Assembly: GCA_022601535.1 (NCBI GenBank)
Contig: JAJACK010000001.1
Location: 809,170-873,169 of the forward strand
Direction: 5' to 3'
Length of the DNA: 64,000 nt
From: Chlamydiales bacterium
GTDB lineage: Bacteria; Chlamydiota; Chlamydiia; Chlamydiales; JAAKFR01
Numbering within the stretch: the first letter of the stretch is position 1; the number at the start of each line of letters is the position of its first letter. The notes below the pieces were generated by a model. That model had not been told where the DNA came from, did no database searches, and was given only the letters and a program-made list of their open reading frames with translations. Position numbers and translations under genes: made by a program. This document shows positions 46,549 to 57,982 of this stretch, one piece after another.

Positions 46549-47046
46549 ATGCGCTTAGAGAGCACTTTGATCTCATTGATTGCCCTTCTTCTTGGGACCC
46601 TCCTTTTCTTTACAGGACTCTTTTTAGTCATCCCCTTTTTTCAACTCAATCTGGTCTCTTATTTAGGAGGCCACCTTGTTTCGTTAGGCGTTTTGCTGAT
46701 TTTTTTCTCAATGATTTTATTGAGCTGTTTCACTCTTCTTTGTAAGAGGCGGTATCTACTTGTTAAGATGGGTGGTGTTTCGATTCAGGATCGGGTATTT
46801 GCCGAAGTTGCACGGATGAGTATTGCCCCTTTTTTTCCTGGGAAAGAGGTGAATTGCCGTTCGGTGATCCATGGAAAACGAAAGGTTGAAATTCTTGCCA
46901 ATTTGCCGTATGTCAAGATAGAAGAGCAAGAGATGACTTTAGAGAAGATTGAAAAGACATTGGCCCTCACTCTTGCTCGTAGGTGTGGTTTAACGAGTGA
47001 ATTTCTTTTAAATGTTAGTTTCCAAGAAAAAATACCCACGGCTTGA
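46549..47046 (+). CDS. Two-TM hypothetical protein (possible AmaP-like anchor for Asp23)
   Basis: Two N-terminal TM helices and a small soluble domain, 6 nt after asp23; function inferred from context only. Confidence 0.6.
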   Translation: MRLESTLISLIALLLGTLLFFTGLFLVIPFFQLNLVSYLGGHLVSLGVLLIFFSMILLSCFTLLCKRRYLLVKMGGVSIQDRVFAEVARMSIAPFFPGKEVNCRSVIHGKRKVEILANLPYVKIEEQEMTLEKIEKTLALTLARRCGLTSEFLLNVSFQEKIPTA

Positions 47047-48322
47047 CTCTTTTTTTCAGCTAGAAGAGCGTAAAACAACGGTTTCGCGTGAAGTGATCGG
47101 TGGTCTCACCACATTCCTTACAATGGCGTATGCCTTTGTGATCATCAGTGCAATGCTCGGGGAAAGCGGTCTTGATAAAGGTGGGGTGATGACAGCAACC
47201 CTGTTAACCGCTATTTTTGGAACTTTTTATGTCGCTCTTTTTTCCAACTACCCAATTGCTGTCGCCCCAGGCCTGATCCTTGTCGCGTATGTCTCTCATA
47301 ATTTAATTGGAAAAAATGGGTTGAATTGGGAAGTCGCTCTTGGAATTGTCTTTCTTGAAGGGTTTATTCTACTTTGTCTCAATATTTTAAAAATTCGAGA
47401 GTGGATTATTCACACTATTCCAGAGCCTCTTCGGTTGGGAACAACAGCTGGCTTAGGTCTTTTTCTTGCGCTCATTGGATTTAAACATGTGGTCGAAGCA
47501 ACCCCGCTTATTTATGGCCTTGCCGGCTTAGGGTTGATTGTCACAGCTCTTTTGATGTTCTACCGCATTCCAGGAGCTTTTTTTCTCGGAATTTTACTCA
47601 TTTGGTTTCTCGGTTTTTTGACAGGAATTGTTGATTGGGGAGGGATTGTTTCTTTCCCTCACTCTTTAGCTCCCACTCTTTTTAAACTCAAGATTCAGTC
47701 TGCTTTCCATCTCGACTATTTAGGTTTGATCATCTCGATTGTCTTGATGTCGCTGTTTGAATCGACAGGTGCTGTTCTTGCCCTTGGAGAAAAAGCAGGC
47801 TTAGTGGAAGAGCGGGGAAAGACGTGTTATCTCCCTTCAGTCTCTCGCCTCTTTTACTGCGATTCAACAAGCTCGATGATGGCCTCTTTTTTAGGGACGA
47901 CATCGGCAAAATTTTACCTTGAGTCAGCTGCAGGAATTGGAGCTGGGGGAAGAACAGGTTTAACAGCGCTTGTAACAGCTATCGCATTTTGCTCCCTTTT
48001 CTTCTTTTTTCCTCTGCTCACGTCGATTCCTCTTTTTGCAACAACACCTGCTTTAGTGATTATTGGGGGATCGATGGTCGTGATGATCAAAGGGTTGAAA
48101 TGGAGCGATCCCACCGATTGGATTCCAGCGGTATTAACCCTAATCTTTATTCCCGCAACATTGAATATTGCAGCAGGAATTGGAGTGGGATATGTGACAT
48201 ACTCTGTTTTGAAATTGGTCACCAAAAAACAAAATCAAGTGCATGGATTTTCTTGGATCATTGCAGCTCTTTTCTTTGTTTGGTTTCTATTTTCTTTAAA
48301 TTTTCGAGGTCTCGCTTGGTGA
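47012..48322 (+). CDS. NCS2/AzgA-family purine permease
   Basis: REVIGGLTTFLTMAY, PIAVAPG and ESAAGIGAGGRTGLTA motifs. Confidence 0.92.
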   Translation: MLVSKKKYPRLDSFFQLEERKTTVSREVIGGLTTFLTMAYAFVIISAMLGESGLDKGGVMTATLLTAIFGTFYVALFSNYPIAVAPGLILVAYVSHNLIGKNGLNWEVALGIVFLEGFILLCLNILKIREWIIHTIPEPLRLGTTAGLGLFLALIGFKHVVEATPLIYGLAGLGLIVTALLMFYRIPGAFFLGILLIWFLGFLTGIVDWGGIVSFPHSLAPTLFKLKIQSAFHLDYLGLIISIVLMSLFESTGAVLALGEKAGLVEERGKTCYLPSVSRLFYCDSTSSMMASFLGTTSAKFYLESAAGIGAGGRTGLTALVTAIAFCSLFFFFPLLTSIPLFATTPALVIIGGSMVVMIKGLKWSDPTDWIPAVLTLIFIPATLNIAAGIGVGYVTYSVLKLVTKKQNQVHGFSWIIAALFFVWFLFSLNFRGLAW

Positions 48323-50063
48323 TTCCTGGAATTTTTTTCCACTCCTCTTCACCCGCCTCTAAAATTCTTTTTACACTTCCAAAATGGGTGAGAAGGCGTT
48401 GTTTTTTCACCGGTCCAATCCCTTCAACTTGATCAAGAGCAGAGGTGAAGAGCCGTTTTTTTCTCCGCTGTTTATGGAAGGTGATTGCAAAACGGTGTGC
48501 TTCATCTCGGATTTGTTGAAGCAAAAAAAGTACTTTAGAGTTTGATTTGAGTAAAATAGGCTCTTTTTTCCCGGGAAGAAAAATTTGCTCTTGGGTCATC
48601 CCTTTGTCGTGTCTTCCTCGCTCTTTTGCAACCCCGATCACATCGACGGTGCTAATGTCTAAATCAGACAAGACCTCCAAAGCTGCATTGAGATGCCCTC
48701 GCCCTCCATCGATGATGACAAGGTCTGGCAATTTTTCAGTCCGTTTGAACCGGCGGGTGAGAACCTCGCGCATCGCTTGGTAATCATCGAGGGTCGACAC
48801 TTTATATTTCCGATACTCTTTAGGATCCCGTCGCCCATCTGTGAAGACAATTTTTCCACTAACAGGTTCTAGTCCAGATAGATGTGAATTGTCAAAGCAT
48901 TCGATCCGTTCGGGAAAATGGGTTAGCGAGAGCTTTTCTTCCATCTCGATCAACACTTGCTCGGGCTCTTCTTTAGGAGCTTTTTTAAGCTTCTCTTTTG
49001 CATTGGCTTTCGCCATTTCGATCAATTCAAGCTTATTTCCCCGCTTTGGAACATGGAGGTGGAATCCCAATATTTTTTCAAGTATCTCTCTTTCTTTGAG
49101 TTCAAATGGCAATACAAGTTCTGCAGGTCGCTCATCAACCCCTTCATAGTGTTGGAGAAGAAAAGAGCACAAAATTGCATTTTCATCTTGAACACACTGG
49201 ATAAAAAGATGGACATGAGAAGAGGTAAGCTTTCCATCACGAAATTGCATTACAGTGAGTGCGACTCGATCGGCCACTCTTTCAACTCCAATGACATCGA
49301 GATCTTTTCGTCCTGCTTTTTCAACTTGTTGCTCTTCTAAGGTTGCTTTGATCGCCTGAATAATCTTGTAAAGCCGATCTGCTTTTTCAAATTCAAGTGC
49401 CTTGCTTGCACACGCCATCTCTTTTTTTAGATCGCGGAGAATGGTTTTATCCCGCCCTTTTAAAAAAGCAATCACCCGTTCGACAAGTGCGTCGTACGTC
49501 TCTTTTGTACATTTATTGACGCAAGGGGCAAGACACCGCCCCATGGGGTGGAGAATACAGGGGCGGGTGCGAGCTGCAAGCTCATGGTTCGAGCACTGTC
49601 TTAGGGGAAAAAGGGTTCGAAGAAGATCTAAGGTTTGTTTTGCGGCATGCCCTTTGGTGTAGGGGCCGAAATAGAGATTTCCTTTTGGAGGTTTCCCCTT
49701 ATAGCGGGTGATCTTCAACATCGGCCATTTATGCTTATGGTTGATCATCAAGCTGAAGAAGGTTTTATCATCTTTTAAAAGGGCGTTATATTTGGGTTGA
49801 TACCGTTTGATAAGGGTATTTTCTAAAAGGAGTGCCTCTTTTTCTGAACGGACAACAATAGTTTCAATTTCAGTCACTTGCTTGGTCAAATAGGGGACCA
49901 TTGATCGACCATCTCGTCCTGGAACAAAGTATTGACGGACGCGATTTCTCAACTGTTTTGCTTTACCGACGTAAAGCACTTTACCGAGCCGATTTTTCAT
50001 CAGATAGACGCCCGGTTGCAGTGGAAGATCAGAATAAAGAGAGTTGTTCGGAGGAGTGCTCAT
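48258..50063 (-). CDS. uvrC: Excinuclease ABC subunit C
   Basis: GIY-YIG (PGVYLM...YVGKAKQLR), ECFDNSH, IDGGRG, IRDEAHRFA and HhH GIGP; start approximate. Confidence 0.96.
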   Translation of the reverse strand: MSTPPNNSLYSDLPLQPGVYLMKNRLGKVLYVGKAKQLRNRVRQYFVPGRDGRSMVPYLTKQVTEIETIVVRSEKEALLLENTLIKRYQPKYNALLKDDKTFFSLMINHKHKWPMLKITRYKGKPPKGNLYFGPYTKGHAAKQTLDLLRTLFPLRQCSNHELAARTRPCILHPMGRCLAPCVNKCTKETYDALVERVIAFLKGRDKTILRDLKKEMACASKALEFEKADRLYKIIQAIKATLEEQQVEKAGRKDLDVIGVERVADRVALTVMQFRDGKLTSSHVHLFIQCVQDENAILCSFLLQHYEGVDERPAELVLPFELKEREILEKILGFHLHVPKRGNKLELIEMAKANAKEKLKKAPKEEPEQVLIEMEEKLSLTHFPERIECFDNSHLSGLEPVSGKIVFTDGRRDPKEYRKYKVSTLDDYQAMREVLTRRFKRTEKLPDLVIIDGGRGHLNAALEVLSDLDISTVDVIGVAKERGRHDKGMTQEQIFLPGKKEPILLKSNSKVLFLLQQIRDEAHRFAITFHKQRRKKRLFTSALDQVEGIGPVKKQRLLTHFGSVKRILEAGEEEWKKIPGITKRDLENLKKIETKQRKELQ

Positions 50064-52431
50064 TTTTTTTAGCTCTTTTTGCTTCAAGCTTTTCTAAAAT
50101 TTCAGATGAGCGGCAGATCACATCAAGGGGGAGGCCTGCAAGCTTTGCCACATGGATCCCATAGCTTCTGTTAGCACTCCCTTTTTTGATCTTATGTAAA
50201 AAGAGGATCTCTCCTTCCGATTCATCGACAGCAGCGTGGTAGTTGACAGCTTCTGGAAAAGAGCGTTCAATCTCTGTCAGCTCTCCATAGTGAGTGGCAA
50301 AGAGCGTTTTCCCCTTTTTTTTCTCTTTTATCAAGAGATATTCGACAACAGCCCATGCGATCGAAAGTCCATCATAGGTACTTGTCCCTCGTCCAATTTC
50401 ATCAAGAATAACAAGGGATTTATCTGTCACATTATTGAGGATATTGGCAGTCTCACTCATTTCGACCATAAATGTTGATTGCCCACGAGAGAGGTCATCA
50501 CTCGCTCCAATGCGAGTGAAGATTTTATCGATCACACCGATGTGTGCTTTTTTTGCCGGAACAAAACTTCCCATCTGCGCCAAGATGACAATGAGAGCTA
50601 CTTGACGGATATAGGTTGATTTTCCAGCCATATTAGGCCCAGTGATCAACATCAACCGCCCCTTATTTCCACCTAGCTCTGTCTCATTGGGGATAAATTT
50701 TTCTCCTAAAAGAGCTTCAACAGCGGGGTGGCGTCCTTCGATGATTTCAAGGTTATCGCTCTCATCTACAATAGGCCGACTATAAAACTGTTTATTTGCC
50801 ACTTCTGCTAAGCCGGCAATCACATCGACAAATGCAATTGCTTTGGCAATTTGGAACACAGTATCTCGGTACTTAAGAATGGTTTCGCGTAGCTCTTTGA
50901 AAAGCTCAGCTTCGATCGCTTGAATTTTTCCCTCAGCAGAGAGCACTTTCTCTTCATACTCTTTCAACTCAGGAGAGATAAAACGTTCAGAATTCACAAG
51001 TGTTTGCCGTCTTTGAAAAGAGTCGGGCATCAGATGCGCTTGACCTCTTGCCACTTCGATATAATAGCCAAAAACCTTATTGAAACTCACTTTCAAATTT
51101 TTGATCCCCGTTTCCCCTTTCACTTCGGTTTGGTAGCGGGCGAGCCATCCTTTTGCATTTGTTGTCAGCTCTCTTAATTCATCGATCTCTTCATTGTATC
51201 CATCTTTAAAAACCTTTCCATCGCTCAGCCGAATCGGAGGCTCTTCTACAAGTGCTCGCTCAATTAAAGAGGCTGGTTTGCTCACATCGACAAGCATTGT
51301 TTTTGCTAACACAAGCGCTTCTGTATCATATGTTTCAAGTAGCTCTCGTACTGGAGGAATGGCTTTGAGGGAGAGGCCTAGAGCAACAAAATCTTTGGGT
51401 GATCCCATTGAGGCAGAGATTTTCATCATCAATCGTTCGAGATCACGCACACCTTTGAGTTTCTCTCTTAAGCCTGAATGGCGGTCGTGGTAGATCCTTT
51501 CAATGGCATCTTGCCGTTTAGTGATTTTTTCGACCGATAGAAGCGGTTTTTTCAACCATTGGGAGAGCAACCTTCCTCCCATTGGAGTGACGGTTTTATC
51601 GAGAATGGGCAACACCTCTTCCATCAATTCCAAATTGCGCAAACAGGTGCGATCGAGCGCCAAAGATTCAGAAGTTGTATAGGGGACAATCCGTGAGATG
51701 TGGTCGACACACATCGAGAGCTCTTCATGTACATAGCTTAAAAGAGCGCCGGCAGAATTGATCGCAGCGACCATTCCTTTCAATCCAAATCCGTCTAGAT
51801 TAGAGAGGGCAAAATGCTCGGTCAAATAGCGAGAGGCATTTTGATGCTCAAATTGCCACTCTTCTACAAACGTGATCAGCTCTTTATCAAATAGGTCATG
51901 ATGTTTTCCTTTGAATTTCTTTGTCATCACAACTTCAGTTGCTTGCACCCGAAAGAGTTCATCGACCATTTCTTTTGCAGTTTCAAATTCAGCGACCTTA
52001 AATTCACCTGTGGTCACTTCGAGAAGAGAGAGGCCGAAAAGAGATCCAACACGAGAGACGCTTGCGATATAATTTGAGGCTTTATCTGGAAGAGCGGTGA
52101 CAGCAGTGCCTGGTGTGACAACTCTGACAATTTCTCGTCGAACAAGCCCTTTTGTCTCTTTGGGATCTTCCACCTGCTCGGCGATCGCCACCTTATGTCC
52201 GCGAGCGACAAGACGATTGATGTAGGTTTCAATTGTTTGCCAAGGAACGCCACTCATCGGGATTCCTTGCCTCTTGGTCAATGTGAGTTCAAGCTCTTCA
52301 GACATCAGCTGGGCATCTTCGTAAAATGCCTCATAGAAGTCGCCCATTCTAAAAAAGAGGAGCATATCTTTGGCTCGACTCTTGCAGCTTTTCCACTGCT
52401 CCATCATCGGTGTTGTTTTTTCTCCTATCAT
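50029..52431 (-). CDS. mutS: DNA mismatch repair protein MutS
   Basis: TPMMEQW, FRMGDFYE, TGPNMAGKST, STFMVEM, DEIGRGT and SYGIHVA; ATG 52431 chosen. Confidence 0.97.
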   Translation of the reverse strand: MIGEKTTPMMEQWKSCKSRAKDMLLFFRMGDFYEAFYEDAQLMSEELELTLTKRQGIPMSGVPWQTIETYINRLVARGHKVAIAEQVEDPKETKGLVRREIVRVVTPGTAVTALPDKASNYIASVSRVGSLFGLSLLEVTTGEFKVAEFETAKEMVDELFRVQATEVVMTKKFKGKHHDLFDKELITFVEEWQFEHQNASRYLTEHFALSNLDGFGLKGMVAAINSAGALLSYVHEELSMCVDHISRIVPYTTSESLALDRTCLRNLELMEEVLPILDKTVTPMGGRLLSQWLKKPLLSVEKITKRQDAIERIYHDRHSGLREKLKGVRDLERLMMKISASMGSPKDFVALGLSLKAIPPVRELLETYDTEALVLAKTMLVDVSKPASLIERALVEEPPIRLSDGKVFKDGYNEEIDELRELTTNAKGWLARYQTEVKGETGIKNLKVSFNKVFGYYIEVARGQAHLMPDSFQRRQTLVNSERFISPELKEYEEKVLSAEGKIQAIEAELFKELRETILKYRDTVFQIAKAIAFVDVIAGLAEVANKQFYSRPIVDESDNLEIIEGRHPAVEALLGEKFIPNETELGGNKGRLMLITGPNMAGKSTYIRQVALIVILAQMGSFVPAKKAHIGVIDKIFTRIGASDDLSRGQSTFMVEMSETANILNNVTDKSLVILDEIGRGTSTYDGLSIAWAVVEYLLIKEKKKGKTLFATHYGELTEIERSFPEAVNYHAAVDESEGEILFLHKIKKGSANRSYGIHVAKLAGLPLDVICRSSEILEKLEAKRAKKNEHSSEQLSLF

Positions 52432-52507
52432 GGCAAAAAAACATAGCTGACTCTCACTTTTCTTGGAACTTTCTTTTTTCTCCGTAGAATGGGTATAATT
52501 GGCAACT

Positions 52508-54223
52508 ATGTTTACCAATGAGAGTTTGCAACGTCTCCGAGAGAAAGTGGATCTAGTCGAAGTGCTCACCGGCTATATCGAGCTCAAGCGGGCCGGTGCT
52601 TCTTACAAGGCGATCTGCCCTTTTCACCAAGAAAAATCTCCCTCGTTCCACATGAAACAAGGGGATACCCACTACCACTGCTTTGGGTGTGGTGCACACG
52701 GAGATGCAATCCAATTTTTAATGAATTATCTCCATGTCTCTTTTAGAGAGGCTGTAGAGACATTGGCCGAACGGTTTCATGTCATTTTAGAAGAGGTTGA
52801 AAAAGAAGAGGAGAAGGGTGTTTCTAGAGAAAAATTGAAAGAAGCGCTCGAACTGAGCAGTGAGTTTTACAATTTCTTTCTCCTTCACGCCGAAGAGGCG
52901 CGCGAACCGCTCAATTATCTTTTCAAACGGGGGCTCTCTCTTGATTTTATCAGACGGTTCCAGCTGGGCTATGCTCCTGCTGGAGGCGATTTTTTCCACA
53001 AACGGATGAAAGATAAGAAGATCGACCGAGAAGTGCTTACTGAAGCGGGACTTCTCAACGCTTCTGGGCGTGAATTTTTCAAAGAGAGGATCACCTTTCC
53101 CATCTTCAACGCGCGGGGAACCATTGTTGGTTTCTCAGCTCGCAAAACACGTGAAGAGGTGTTTGGGGGAAAATATATCAATACTCCTGAGACGAAACTC
53201 TTTAAAAAATCAAAATTGCTCTATGGCCTAAATTATTGCCGTCGAAGAATTGCAAAAGAGCGGCGTGCAATTATTGTCGAAGGGCAAATCGACTGTTTAC
53301 GTTTGATCGATGTGGGACTTGATTATGCCGTTGCAGCGCTTGGAACAGCATTTGGAAAAGGACATGTGCAAGAGCTAAAACAGCTCGGCGTCTTAGAGGT
53401 GAAGCTTCTTTTTGATGGAGATAACGCTGGCCAAGCAGCTCTTTCAAAGGTAGGCGATCTCTTTCAAAAAGCGGGGATTGGAGTCTATGTGATTCGGATG
53501 CCCGACGGATACGATCCCGACTCTTTTTTACGTGAACATGGAAAAGAAGCATTGGAAATACTTCTTGGTAAAGGGGAGGAGTATCTCGCATTTCAGGTGC
53601 GTCACTTAAGCTCAAAGCTTCCTCAAACAGCGGCGGGAAAGACGGCGCTTATCGGAGAGCTCTCCAAGCAGATCAAAGGGTGGGATGAACCTGTAATGAT
53701 TCATGAAAGTTTACGTAAATTGGCGCAGCTGACAAATGTTCCTGAGCACATGGTGGGGCAGGTGAATCCACCTCGCTCTCAAAAAGTGGAGTCTTTTCAG
53801 ATCAATCCCAACCGAATTTTAGAGCTCGATCTCCTCCGATGGCTTGTCCTCTTGCAGCGGGAAGATTTTTTAGAGACAGCTCGACACTATTTAGATTTGT
53901 CCTATTTTTTTGTCCCCTCATGTCAGAAGATCTACAAAGCGCTTTTAGAAGGAGCAAACGACCTTCTAGCTCTAGCTCCTGAGATTGAAGATGAGTCATT
54001 GATTGAAGAAATTATGGACAAAAAAATCAACAGAGAGCGAGCCGAGCAACAATTTGTGGAAACAGTGCAAAAGTTGAGCGATCGGTATTGGTTAAAAAAA
54101 CGGGAAGCAATTCAACAAAAAATTCATAGTGGCAAAGAGAGTGAAGAAAAAGTACTTGAGCTTGTGCGGGAGTTTGATCTTCTTGGCAAAAATCGAACCG
54201 AAGTGAAGCTCCAATCGGTGTAA
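52508..54223 (+). CDS. dnaG: DNA primase
   Basis: CPFHQEKSPSF...CFGC Zn finger; KYINTPET; TOPRIM VEGQID and FDGDNAG; DPD. Confidence 0.97.
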   Translation: MFTNESLQRLREKVDLVEVLTGYIELKRAGASYKAICPFHQEKSPSFHMKQGDTHYHCFGCGAHGDAIQFLMNYLHVSFREAVETLAERFHVILEEVEKEEEKGVSREKLKEALELSSEFYNFFLLHAEEAREPLNYLFKRGLSLDFIRRFQLGYAPAGGDFFHKRMKDKKIDREVLTEAGLLNASGREFFKERITFPIFNARGTIVGFSARKTREEVFGGKYINTPETKLFKKSKLLYGLNYCRRRIAKERRAIIVEGQIDCLRLIDVGLDYAVAALGTAFGKGHVQELKQLGVLEVKLLFDGDNAGQAALSKVGDLFQKAGIGVYVIRMPDGYDPDSFLREHGKEALEILLGKGEEYLAFQVRHLSSKLPQTAAGKTALIGELSKQIKGWDEPVMIHESLRKLAQLTNVPEHMVGQVNPPRSQKVESFQINPNRILELDLLRWLVLLQREDFLETARHYLDLSYFFVPSCQKIYKALLEGANDLLALAPEIEDESLIEEIMDKKINRERAEQQFVETVQKLSDRYWLKKREAIQQKIHSGKESEEKVLELVREFDLLGKNRTEVKLQSV

Positions 54224-54226
54224 AAA

Positions 54227-54937
54227 TTATCCAGTTTGAAGTCTCTCTAGGACAGCAGAAATTTGTTCACGCTCTACCCTAAAATGAGCCATTCCGTGAA
54301 TTTTGCGCAGCTCTTTCAAGGTGAGAGCTCTTCCTTTCCAATCTTCAATCCTCTTTTGTGCTAACCCGATGCTTTCTAGAATTTTTCTTCGTTCATGAAT
54401 CGCAGTTATTTTTTGAGTCTGTTTCAGAGCTTCTTCTAAAGTCGCAGATGCTTCACCCTTTTTTTGATCTGAAGAGATGGTAACTAAGGCATTGATCACT
54501 GTGGTAAGGGTGTGATCTCTTTTGCGTGAGCTGCTTAGCATCTGAGCTAATTCCCCTCCTTTAGTGATGGTGCTCTTTGCCTCCTCAACTTGTCCACACT
54601 CAGCTTGTATTAAGGCTAAATTTTTAAGAAGGGCACATTTATCTTCAACGCATGGGACTGCTTCAATTTCATCTTCTAATTGACGTAAACTCTCACTTGG
54701 ATTTATGTCATTTTCTGCTTGAGCCTTTGCAAGTATTGCCCAACCATCTCTTTGCTGCTCAGGGCGGGACATTTGGCGAATAATATCTGGAAGCTGATCT
54801 AATTTCTCTGAAGCAGTTTTAGTGATACGTTTTATAAGGTCAAGAAAAGCGGCACCTCGTGTAAAAGAGGGGGGCTGAGATTGAAGATCTACAAGCACCT
54901 CTTCAAAGGACTGAACAGGGGAAGGGGAGATTGCCAT
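54227..54937 (-). CDS. Hypothetical helical-repeat (TPR-like) protein
   Basis: Repeated pattern L..LA..QA..G...EA; Ser/Pro-rich N-terminus. Confidence 0.65.
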   Translation of the reverse strand: MAISPSPVQSFEEVLVDLQSQPPSFTRGAAFLDLIKRITKTASEKLDQLPDIIRQMSRPEQQRDGWAILAKAQAENDINPSESLRQLEDEIEAVPCVEDKCALLKNLALIQAECGQVEEAKSTITKGGELAQMLSSSRKRDHTLTTVINALVTISSDQKKGEASATLEEALKQTQKITAIHERRKILESIGLAQKRIEDWKGRALTLKELRKIHGMAHFRVEREQISAVLERLQTG

Positions 54938-54951
54938 GATAATACTCTTGG

Positions 54952-57900
54952 TTAAGAGAGTTTACTAAAATCAGCGAGCTCTTCACAAAGGTCATACACC
55001 TCTTGGAGAAGAGCTAAGCGGTTGGTTCGAATTGCTTCGTCATCATCGATCACTTTCACTTCATCAAACAGTTTGGCAACCGGTTTTTGTAGCAAAGTGA
55101 GCTGTGTAAATGCTTCTGGGTAATTTCGGTTGGAAAAATCGCGCCTGTCGATCAATATTTTTTGAAAACGGTTTTTGAGCTGTTGCGTGCATAAGAAAAG
55201 CTCTTTTTCACACGCTTGATGGAGGAGCTTCTCTTCGACTGGAGGGAACCGTTTGGTGTGGAGTGCTTCTTTTAATTTCCAGCTTGGGACAAGACGTTTG
55301 TTTTGGGAGAGTAAAATCTTTTTGGTGCGCACCTCAACTTCGATGAGCGCTTCAAATCCACTTTTTTTACGGAAAGCATGGAGCGCTTCGAGACGGAGAT
55401 AGAGGTCGTAGACACTTTGAAGATCAAAGACAAGGACTGCTTCAATTTCATCTTTCCCAAATCCATAGTCGAGAAGAACCGTTCGTAGTCGGTTGATAAG
55501 AAATGCTTTGAGGTCTGTAAGGACCGCTTCTTTATCGACGTCGAGTTTGGGGAAAAGGTCGAATGCTTGTTCGAAGATGGTTTCAAGCGGGAGATGGAGC
55601 TGATTCTCGATCAAGATTTTCATGATACCAAGCGCTTGCCGACGTAGTGCAAAGGGATCGGAAGAGGAGGTGGGTTTTTGATTTAAAATGAAACAGCTGA
55701 GTAAGTTATCTATTTTATCAGCGAGCGCTAGAAGGATTCCGGCACCACTTTTAGGAAGGGGAGCTTTTTCACGACGAGGCATCCAGTGTTCATCGATCGC
55801 TGTTGCAATCTCCTCTTTCTCACCAGATTTTTCGGCGTAGAGCTTACCAATCAAACCTTGTAATTCGGGGAACTCTCCCACAAGTGTTGTGGCTAAATCG
55901 GCTTTACAAAGAGTCGTTGCTTGTACAACCTCTTCTAGAGGGGCAAGGGGGAGGTGTTGATGCAGCAACTTTCCATGGGCGATCAGCCGTTGAACTTTAT
56001 CCCAAAGAGAGCCGAGTTTTGCTTGGTAGGTCATCTTCTTCAATTTTTCATTGAAGTGACTCAAAGGTGTTTTGAGATCTTCCTCATAGAGAAAAACTCC
56101 ATCGGCAAGGCGGGGAGAGAGCGCGCGTTCATGTCCGTGGCAGATCAGTTTGCTCTCTCGATTATTGGAGACAACAACAAATGAGGGGAGGAGTTTCCCC
56201 TCTCGCATCATGGGAAAATATTTCTGATGCTCAACCATCTCAGAGATCAGTACTTCTTTCGGGGCACGCAAGAAAGTTTGATCAAATGTGCCGATAAAGG
56301 GGAAGGGGTATTCAACGAGATGAATGACATGTGGCAACACTTTTTCGACTTCGATCGCTTCATCAGGAAGAGCTTTACAGATTATTTCCTCTCGCTCTCT
56401 TGGATCGGCGATCACCCCTTTTTCCCGTAGAAGTTTGAGATAGTCACTTGGGTTTGAAATTGAGAAAGAAGTGGGAGCAAGCTGTCGATGTCCAAATGAA
56501 TCTTGTCCTGAAAGGAGATTTCCAAGAGCAAAGGGGATCACCTCTTTGCCGTATAGAGCGACGATCCAACGAAGGGGGCGGGCGTATTCGATAGAAAGAT
56601 CACCCCACCGCATTTTTTTAGGGAACTCAAGCGAGAGAATCAATTTGGGAAGTGCTCTTGCAAGAAGGGCTGTCGTTGATTTTCCAGGAGATTGGAGATG
56701 GGCAAAGATATAGCCATCGCGCACTTCAATGTGCTCTTGCTCCAAAGAAGGGGGGAGGCCGATCGACTGAAAAAAACCTTGTCCCGCTTTTGTTGGATTT
56801 CCTTCTCCATCGAAAGCGGCTTTGACACTCGGCCCTTTTCGCTCTTTTTGTAAAGCCTCTGTTCCTCCTGCAAGGTCTTTGACTAAAACAGCCAACCGTC
56901 TAGGCGTTCCATAGACGTGGATCTCTCCATGCTCAAACTCTTTAAGCTCTTTTTCAATCGCTTCCTTTAGGTTTTGCATTCCGATAGGGACAAAGGTTGC
57001 AGGGAGCTCTTCAGATCCAATTTCAAGAAGAAAATCGGCTCTTTTTTTTGGCTCCACCCTCACCTCCACTTTTGGAGCAGCAATTGGGGAAGCCTCTTGT
57101 TTCTCCTTTAAGAGGGGAAAGGCTTGCGCTTCACGTGATTTTAAATAGCAGTCAGCCAAACCACGAGCAAGGGTTCTAATTCGTCCAATATAGCGAGCTC
57201 TTTCTGTGACAGAGAGCGCACCCCTTGCATCCATCATGTTGAAAGCGTGTGAGGCCTTCATGACGAAATCATAGGCAGGAATAGGATAGTGTTGTTCGGT
57301 AAGGCGGAGAGCCTCTTTTTCAAAATCTTCAAAATGGCGGTGCCACAGCGTTGTATCGGCTTGTTCAAAATTGTAGTGACTCCACTCGAGTTCATTCCGT
57401 TTGTAGATGTCTCCATAGAAGAGTGTATCGTTCCATTTTAAATCAAAAATTGAATCGACATTTTGGATGTACATTGCCAAACGTTCTAGTCCATAGGTGA
57501 GCTCTCCACTCACCGGTGAAACAGGAGACCCTCCTACAGCTTGGAAATAGGTGTATTGAGTCACCTCCATTCCATCGATCCACACTTCCCACCCAAGTCC
57601 CCACGCTCCGATTGTAGGATTTTCCCAGTCATCATGGACAAAACGAATATCGTGCTTCGAAAGATCGAGACCGATTGCGGCAAGTGAATTGAGATAGAGC
57701 TCTTGCATATCGGGAGGAGAAGGTTTTAAAATCACCTGCATCTGGTGGAAAAGTTGCACCCGATTGGGGTTTTTACCATACCGCCCATCTTGAGGCCTTC
57801 GAGAAGGTTCGACGTAGACTGCCGCATACGGTTCAGGCCCTAAACAACGGAGAAATGTTGTGGGATTAAATGTCCCAGCCCCCACTTCCAAGTCGTATCC

Positions 57901-57972
57901 TTGAGCAACGAGACACCCTTGATCAGCCCAGTAGTGGGTTAGACGGAAGATCATTTCTTGAAAAGTCATCAT
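54952..57972 (-). CDS. glyQS: Glycine--tRNA ligase, fused alpha and beta subunits
   Basis: Alpha part [23 protein letters not shown]; beta part [35 protein letters not shown]. Confidence 0.96.
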   Translation of the reverse strand: MMTFQEMIFRLTHYWADQGCLVAQGYDLEVGAGTFNPTTFLRCLGPEPYAAVYVEPSRRPQDGRYGKNPNRVQLFHQMQVILKPSPPDMQELYLNSLAAIGLDLSKHDIRFVHDDWENPTIGAWGLGWEVWIDGMEVTQYTYFQAVGGSPVSPVSGELTYGLERLAMYIQNVDSIFDLKWNDTLFYGDIYKRNELEWSHYNFEQADTTLWHRHFEDFEKEALRLTEQHYPIPAYDFVMKASHAFNMMDARGALSVTERARYIGRIRTLARGLADCYLKSREAQAFPLLKEKQEASPIAAPKVEVRVEPKKRADFLLEIGSEELPATFVPIGMQNLKEAIEKELKEFEHGEIHVYGTPRRLAVLVKDLAGGTEALQKERKGPSVKAAFDGEGNPTKAGQGFFQSIGLPPSLEQEHIEVRDGYIFAHLQSPGKSTTALLARALPKLILSLEFPKKMRWGDLSIEYARPLRWIVALYGKEVIPFALGNLLSGQDSFGHRQLAPTSFSISNPSDYLKLLREKGVIADPREREEIICKALPDEAIEVEKVLPHVIHLVEYPFPFIGTFDQTFLRAPKEVLISEMVEHQKYFPMMREGKLLPSFVVVSNNRESKLICHGHERALSPRLADGVFLYEEDLKTPLSHFNEKLKKMTYQAKLGSLWDKVQRLIAHGKLLHQHLPLAPLEEVVQATTLCKADLATTLVGEFPELQGLIGKLYAEKSGEKEEIATAIDEHWMPRREKAPLPKSGAGILLALADKIDNLLSCFILNQKPTSSSDPFALRRQALGIMKILIENQLHLPLETIFEQAFDLFPKLDVDKEAVLTDLKAFLINRLRTVLLDYGFGKDEIEAVLVFDLQSVYDLYLRLEALHAFRKKSGFEALIEVEVRTKKILLSQNKRLVPSWKLKEALHTKRFPPVEEKLLHQACEKELFLCTQQLKNRFQKILIDRRDFSNRNYPEAFTQLTLLQKPVAKLFDEVKVIDDDEAIRTNRLALLQEVYDLCEELADFSKLS

Positions 57973-57982
57973 CAGATAGTGC

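Noticed and set aside
52432-52569. N-terminal extension of MutS in the ORF track (similarly ppa, lysS, the RND adaptor and the outer membrane factor)
   Set aside because: Longest-ORF artefacts overlapping neighbouring genes or promoters; conserved N-termini begin at downstream ATGs
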